Under the pieces are notes generated by a model. That model was not told the DNA's origin, made no database searches, and saw only the letters and a list, made by a program, of their open reading frames with translations. From Marsupella aquatica (taxonomy: Eukaryota > Plantae > Marchantiophyta), in NCBI GenBank assembly GCA_973895155.1, contig OZ316892.1:1367223-1431222 (forward strand): DNA of 64,000 bases, written 5' to 3'. Positions 58,008 to 64,000 of this stretch are shown piece after piece. Position 1 is the stretch's first letter, and each line of letters begins with the position of its first letter. The position numbers and the translations under genes were made by a program.

Positions 58008-60122
58008 ATGGGGGAACCTGCGTTGGATTATTACGGCTCGTCTAGTCGTAGACTCACTCGCAGTGGGCGCCCAGAGTGGGGTCGATTCTTGAGCTCAAAT
58101 GAAGGGCTGCCTAGGACCACAGAGGTTGGGTTTAAAATGGGAGAGGATCGTAGGAGGCACGATGAGATGGATACCGCTGCGGCTGATAGGGGCCAGGGCC
58201 TTGCGGTCACTTACTTGGTCCAGGATGCGCGCTCAGGGAGAATGGAACCAAATCCTACTGGTCCATTCGCAAGATGGAGCGAGGAACTGCCTTTTCCCCC
58301 TGCGCCTGCTGAATCAGCTATGGACGTGGATGTGGAAACCCCGCTGCCCTTGAGAGATGCTTTGCGGCACACGGAGGTTGAAAACTCTGAAGGTGGCCGG
58401 GTGAAAGCAAATGGGGGAGATCCACGGAGGGCTAGCGGTGGTGCACGGGACCCTTCCATGGAGGAGGAAGAATCAGAGGAGTGTATCCGGATTTTGAGAG
58501 ACATTGCGCTTAGATCTAAAGGAAATCTGGACAAGAAACTATATGTGAACCTGGAATGGAATTTGCCAGAAGCAACTAGGAACGTGAGGCAATTGTATAA
58601 CTGCGCGATGCTGTGCTACTTCACTGAGAGAGCACCGCTTCTATCTATCTTCAGAGATTGGGTGGAAGAGGTGATGATGAACAGAGAGAACTGGCCAGTC
58701 CTATAGATTAAATTTGTAGGGAAAAATTTCTACATGGTAGTCTTTGAAAATCCGGACCATAGAGATCTTGCACTCAACTACGCACCTTGGTTTATGGAGC
58801 GTCGGTATGTATACACATTCCCATGGGATCCTGCGTTTGATGTTAAAAGTGAGAGCTTCACCAAACTACCAGTATGGATTGAGATTCCTTTTCGTGCTCT
58901 TGCATTGGAAGGCTGCAGGAGGAAGATAGCCAGTACGTTGGGAACCTTGCTATACTACATCCAGGGAGACCAATTTAGCTCGTACCCACACGATAGAGCT
59001 TGCATCCTGTGGGACACTGACAGAGAAGTACCCTCTAGTGTGAGAATCCAAATTAGAGATGACATTGTGATCTGGCAACCGGTGACATTTAAAAATATCC
59101 CTTACCACTGCTATAAATGCAACCAGAGAGGACATCTAGCACGCAACTGTACAGTGGAGCCTGGTTTGAGTCACCAACCTCATGAGGGTGGCGAGGGGGG
59201 GTATCCGCCGGATGAGAAGGATGATGAACGTCATTCTGAGGTAGATCCGGAGGAGGTAAGCAAAGCTGCAACCAATGCTGAGGCGAGGGCTCTTTTTCGT
59301 GCGGCAGCTGCTGCTACCCCATCTCTGCCTGTTGATGTAGGTGTTGCCTCACCTCTGCTTGTCCCCGTGCCTATTCCCCTGCAGGGGGTTGCTGACATCG
59401 CTCAAACAGAGGGCCTTATTCAGAATCCTATTGCCCTGAGGGGAGAAATATCACCTCCTGTGCAAATGCATTCGGGACACAAAGACCCTGCTTTGGGCCC
59501 CCAAGTGGAGGAGGAGCACTGGCCTTGGAGAGCTGTGATCCCACCTGCTGATGTCTGTAGGATCCCTGACTCACAGATTATCCCTCCAGATTTGAGGATC
59601 GAACCCCCCTCTGGCCCGGGGCCACCTCTTGACCCCTTGGCACCAAGCTTTGGGCCGACTGTTATTCCCCCTGGGGCACCAGCTAGATTGAGTGCGGCTC
59701 GCCTCCCAATCTCCACCAGGGAGTCGGGTGAGGATGAGAGATTCTCATTCCATGAGGGTTCTGATGCAGAGATGTCAGAGTATGAAGAATACATTGCTCA
59801 CAGCAAGTTCAAGGCCCGAGCACGCAAACAGGAGCTACGCACCCCCCCAACTGATAGATCTGAGAAACTCAAAGGTGAGGCTAAGAAGCAAAGAGCACTC
59901 AGTTTCTCACAAGGATTCTTGTCTGATGCAGGAGAGAATCGGTCAAGAAGGTCCAAGGATGGTGTGGAACCCCCGCGGGCGGACTTGAGGGGGACTGCTG
60001 GCCCAGTGCTTGCACAGATCTGCTTAAGTACGGCTGGGAATGACTCTCCTAGACATGACTCGCCCACTGGATACATGAGTGGACCGACGACTGGTCTGTC
60101 CCCAGGACGCAACCGGCTCTAA
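58008..60122 (+). pseudogene. LINE ORF1 with one in-frame TAG at 58704
   Basis: APWFMERRYVYTFPWDP...LPVWIEIP; CYKCNQRGHLARNC. Confidence 0.85.
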
Positions 60123-60180
60123 GAGCTCCATTACTGGGGGCTGGGCGACCTGCTATGCAAATCCACTGTATAAGCAGGTG

Positions 60181-63100
60181 ATGGCAGATCTTTTTAGGCT
60201 GGCATCGTGGAATGTTTGTGGCCTTTGCGAGCCAAACCGCAAGCATGTGGTCAAGAACTGTGTGAAATCATTGAGGACACCACTGAATATTCTTGCATTA
60301 CAGGAGGTTAAAACTGACCAGTTTCGCTTAGACGTGGCGTTGAGGGCAATACTGCCTGACTACCAACACTTCTCTTCTGCGCCAGATGAGGGCCGAGGGG
60401 GAACTACTCTTTTGGTCCACCCGGAGCTCAAGGTGGTTGGATCGGGAACCCTTGACTTAGGGCGCGCTGTGTGGGTGGTGGTGGATACAGATGCTGGGAA
60501 GATTGGTATTGCATGTGTTTATGCCCCCAACTCTTCTAGACTAAGAGCATTGCTCTGGAACGACCTCAAGACGATGCTCCCACAAAATGACTGGATAGTT
60601 TGCGGGGACTTCAACATGACAGAGCGCAGGTCGGACTCTATAGGTAATTCGCCACTAATACGAGGACGAGAGGCAGAGTTCTGGCGATTTCTTAAAATGC
60701 GGCTGGACATGGTGGACGCCTGGGACATCAAAGGTGCTGCTACTGGCCCTCATTTCACATGGAGAATGTTTAGGAGCGGGGAATTGGTGCAGTCAAGGCT
60801 GGACCGTTTTTATATAAGTGAGAAAGGATGGTGGATAGGTGAACTTGTTGAACTCATACATGAGGGTGGCTCTGCGCTATCAGATCATGATCCGGTGCTA
60901 ATGCATGTGAGGCTCGCAGGACCTAGAGAGAAGGGGGAGAGATGGAATACAAAACTTTTTATGGCTAATCCGGCTGTACTGAGAAGTAATGAGAATCTGA
61001 TATTGCTGGAAGAAGCCTGGACGAAAGGAAGAGAGAACTTTGCGGACCCGCACCTTCGATTTGTGAAGGGGTGTGCCCAGCTGCGGAACACCTACAGGCA
61101 GCTTCAAGCCAGACCTCGATCAGCTGAGATGGAGCTTGCCTTTTTGAGAGCAAGGATGCGGGCTCTTAAGCTGTCCATTCTGGAGGCACATTCGACCTCG
61201 GAAATCACAGAGTTCTTGGAGGTGGAGGACTCCCTGCATCTGACTGAGATTGAGGAAGCCCACAGGGGGCGTAGACTTGCGAGGGTTAAGTGGTTGGGGG
61301 AGGGGGAGGAATCAACTAAATTCTTTTTTGCGACTGTGAGAGCGAAGAGATCCAGAGAAGCTATGACATCCTTGATTGGTGATGACGGGCGAGTGATTGA
61401 TGACCCGCGTGAGATCCTTGGTGAGGTTGAGGCATTCTGCACGAACCTGTATTCACCTCCGGATCTAACACCGAGTGAAGTGGGGGAGCAAGGGAGAGCT
61501 AGAACACGCTTATTACGGAATACTAGATTTGCATTATCTGCTCCTGAGATATTGAAGATGGAGGAACTTCCTTCCTTCTAGGAGGTGAAGGATGTACTGT
61601 GGCTTATGCCTAGTGACAAATCCCCCGGACCAGACGGCCTTACTGCGGAGGTGTACAGGGCCTGTTGGGGATTCATGGGTAGAGATCTGGTTGATGTGAT
61701 ACAGGAATTTTGGCTTTCAGGCGTCCTCGATGGTGGGATCTGTGAGGGGATTATCAAATTCATACCAAAGAAACCAGATAAACGTTACCTAAAAGATTGG
61801 AGACCATTGACAATGTTAAACACAATGTATAAAATCATTGCCAAGATCCTTGCCTTACGCCTGAAACCTCTCCTTCATAAGATTATCAGTCCTCAACAGA
61901 CGGGCTTCATTCCAGGACGGCACATCCTTGAGAATATTTCTCTTGCAATGTTAACATGTGATTGGGTGCAAAACAGAAAGAGTGAAGCATTGTTTCTGAA
62001 GCTTGATTTTGAAAAGGCTTTTGACAGGGTCTGCCATGACTACATCTGGGAGTGCATGCACCTGCTCGGGATCAGTGGGCGCTTTATCATGCTAGTGAGA
62101 GCGTTGTTGGCGCAAGCTACCTCTAGGGCACTGGTTAACGGATTCCTCTCGGAAAAGGTACACCTGAAGCGTGGGGTGCGACAAGGTTGCCCGCTCTCAC
62201 CACTTTTATTTGTACTCTCCACACAGCCGCTTATGGACTTCCTTGATGCTGAGATTGAGGAAGGGCAACTCAGAGGACTGCGGATCATGGAGGACCTCAT
62301 GATTTGCTACAGACTATTTGCAGATGATGTTGGCATGTTCATCCCAGCTACAAAGAAGGACTTTGAGGATACAAGGTTGGCACTTGAATGTTACGAGACT
62401 GCCAGCGGCGCCAAACTGAATCTTGAGAAATCAGTGGTTATCCCATTGGCCTTGGAGCTCGGGGGGTCACTATATGGAGGGTCATACATCGCGTGCGACG
62501 TTTTAGGGTTTGACCCCCCTAACTTTAAAGTGAATTTTTTTTTTTTGCAAAGCCCTTTCTTTCTTAAAATTTTGTCATTTTTTATTAAAAAACCCCTAAA
62601 AACTTTATAGAAAGTATTTTTTGCAATTAAATAGGCCTATCTGTTCTTTAAAGTCGACCAATCAATAAAACATGCCCTATGTGTTCTTCCACCAAACTTT
62701 GGAAGTCTTCCGCCACACCCATTTAAATGGGCCTATACTTCGTCGCACGTGATGTGTCACTTCCGTGGAAGTGACCCCCCCGAGCCTTGGAGGAAATACC
62801 AAGATGGCTAACTAACATTGGATGTATTATCAGCCAAAAAGGTGAGGTTCAGAAGTACTTGGGCGCACCAATTGGGGTGGGGCTGCAGACAGAACAGCTG
62901 CATAAATTCTGTTTAGACAAGATCAGCTCTCGTCTTTCTACTTGGGTAAACAAGCTCTTGTCATTCACAGGTAGAACCCTTTTGGTTAAGCATATTTTGC
63001 AAGCAATTCCTATATATCATGTGATGTATTGTAAAGCCTTTGCTAGTCTGGCAAAGAAGTTGATTGCTCTTAGTCGAGATTTCTTATGGGGATACAATAC

Positions 63101-64000
63101 CACAGGGGGAAGGAAGATCCCCCTGGTGGCCTGGGAACGGCTGGCACTTCCTAGGGTGGAGGGGGGTCTGGGATTTAAAGACTTCATAAGTCACTCAGAT
63201 GCACTGCTCTCCCAATGGTTCGCTAAAGCACTTAACTCCCCGAACCTAGAATGGTCTAGAATGCTTGCTGCAAATCTGGCTCTGATGGGCTGGATGAACT
63301 ACAAAGTAATCAGACGAAACCGATATTCCTTTCAAGACAAGTTATTACTGTGTACACCGAGGTCATATAGTGGCCTTCCATGTACGAGTGGACTATGGAG
63401 GAGTTGGACGATGCTCAGAGCACACCTGTCTTTTGAACCTGGCAGGCTTGGGGTTCCGGCGCGATGGAGCATCTATGACACCTTACATTGCCTTGCAGGA
63501 TTTCACTCCCTTTTAAATGAGGCCATTGTTGGGGTTGCCACCATTTGTGGTAGACTAGGAATGAGATCTATTGGGGACGGATGGTCTTTGGAGGATAGAG
63601 CCTGGAAGGAACTCCCAATGAGATGGCACAGCTTGCGGGGTTTCACTTCTGAGCACCGAGCACTTGCACACTCATTCCTAGAATACCTGTGGAACACCAA
63701 TGAATGTAGGACTGACTTTTACCTTTATGCCAAACAGTGGCGGTGGGCTGACAAAACAAAGAAGTTGAAGGATTTCAGGGTGGATAACTGTCGTGTTTAT
63801 GAATTCCTACGGCCCAAAAGCGCAAATCACGGTCATCTTAATCGGATCTGGTCCATTTCTCGACCTGAATTGAGATGGAACTTGGGGTGGTCTAGATTGT
63901 GGGGCTCTGATCTGCCAACCAGGGGCAAGACATTCATCTGGAGAATTATTGTTGGGGGTCTATTCACGGGTGCTAGGGCACTTAGAATTGGTGTGAGCAA
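60181..64000 (+). pseudogene. LINE ORF2 (APE endonuclease plus RT) with a TAG at 61579 and a MITE insertion
   Basis: SWNVCGL, LQEVK, VYAPN, GDFN, SRLDRFY, SDHDP; KSPGPDG, WRPLTML, KLDFEKAFDRV, RQGCPLSP, LFADD; frame resumes ...LEEIPRWL...KYLGAP after the MITE. Confidence 0.92.
62458..62784. mobile_element. 327-bp MITE with 8-bp TSD
   Basis: TIRs CTCGGGGGGTCACT / AGTGACCCCCCCGAG; perfect TSD CCTTGGAG at 62450-62457 and 62785-62792. Confidence 0.92.

Larger units (their letters stand above)
56770..64000 (+). mobile_element. L1-clade LINE retrotransposon (about 1.2-kb 5' leader, ORF1, ORF2), running off the window; 5' boundary approximate
   Basis: ORF1 with DUF4283-like domain and zinc knuckle; ORF2 with APE endonuclease and RT. 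Confidence 0.92.

Overview
This window is chimeric. Bases 1-~4955 are Bacteroidetes-type bacterial DNA: an intact M36 fungalysin with a T9SS tail, plus the 3' end of a probable M1 aminopeptidase gene. This joins abruptly to eukaryotic plant DNA, probably a bryophyte such as a liverwort (inference). The plant part holds a decayed Ty1/Copia element, two spliced host genes (a small conserved membrane protein and a 9-exon mitochondrial uncoupling protein), and from ~23 kb a deeply nested transposon stack. Main observations: (1) a decayed Ty3/Gypsy whose polyprotein carries a DNA cytosine-5 methyltransferase fused in frame between protease and reverse transcriptase. (2) A young Gypsy with 4117-bp LTRs that each contain an intact 780-aa ORF, apparently homologous to a 571-aa accessory ORF in a neighbouring element. 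(3) A candidate -1 ribosomal frameshift signal in one Gypsy and an in-frame UGA at the gag-pol junction of another. (4) A solo-LTR plus flank duplication. A LINE and two MITEs complete the stack. All calls come from reading motifs by eye; no searches were run.
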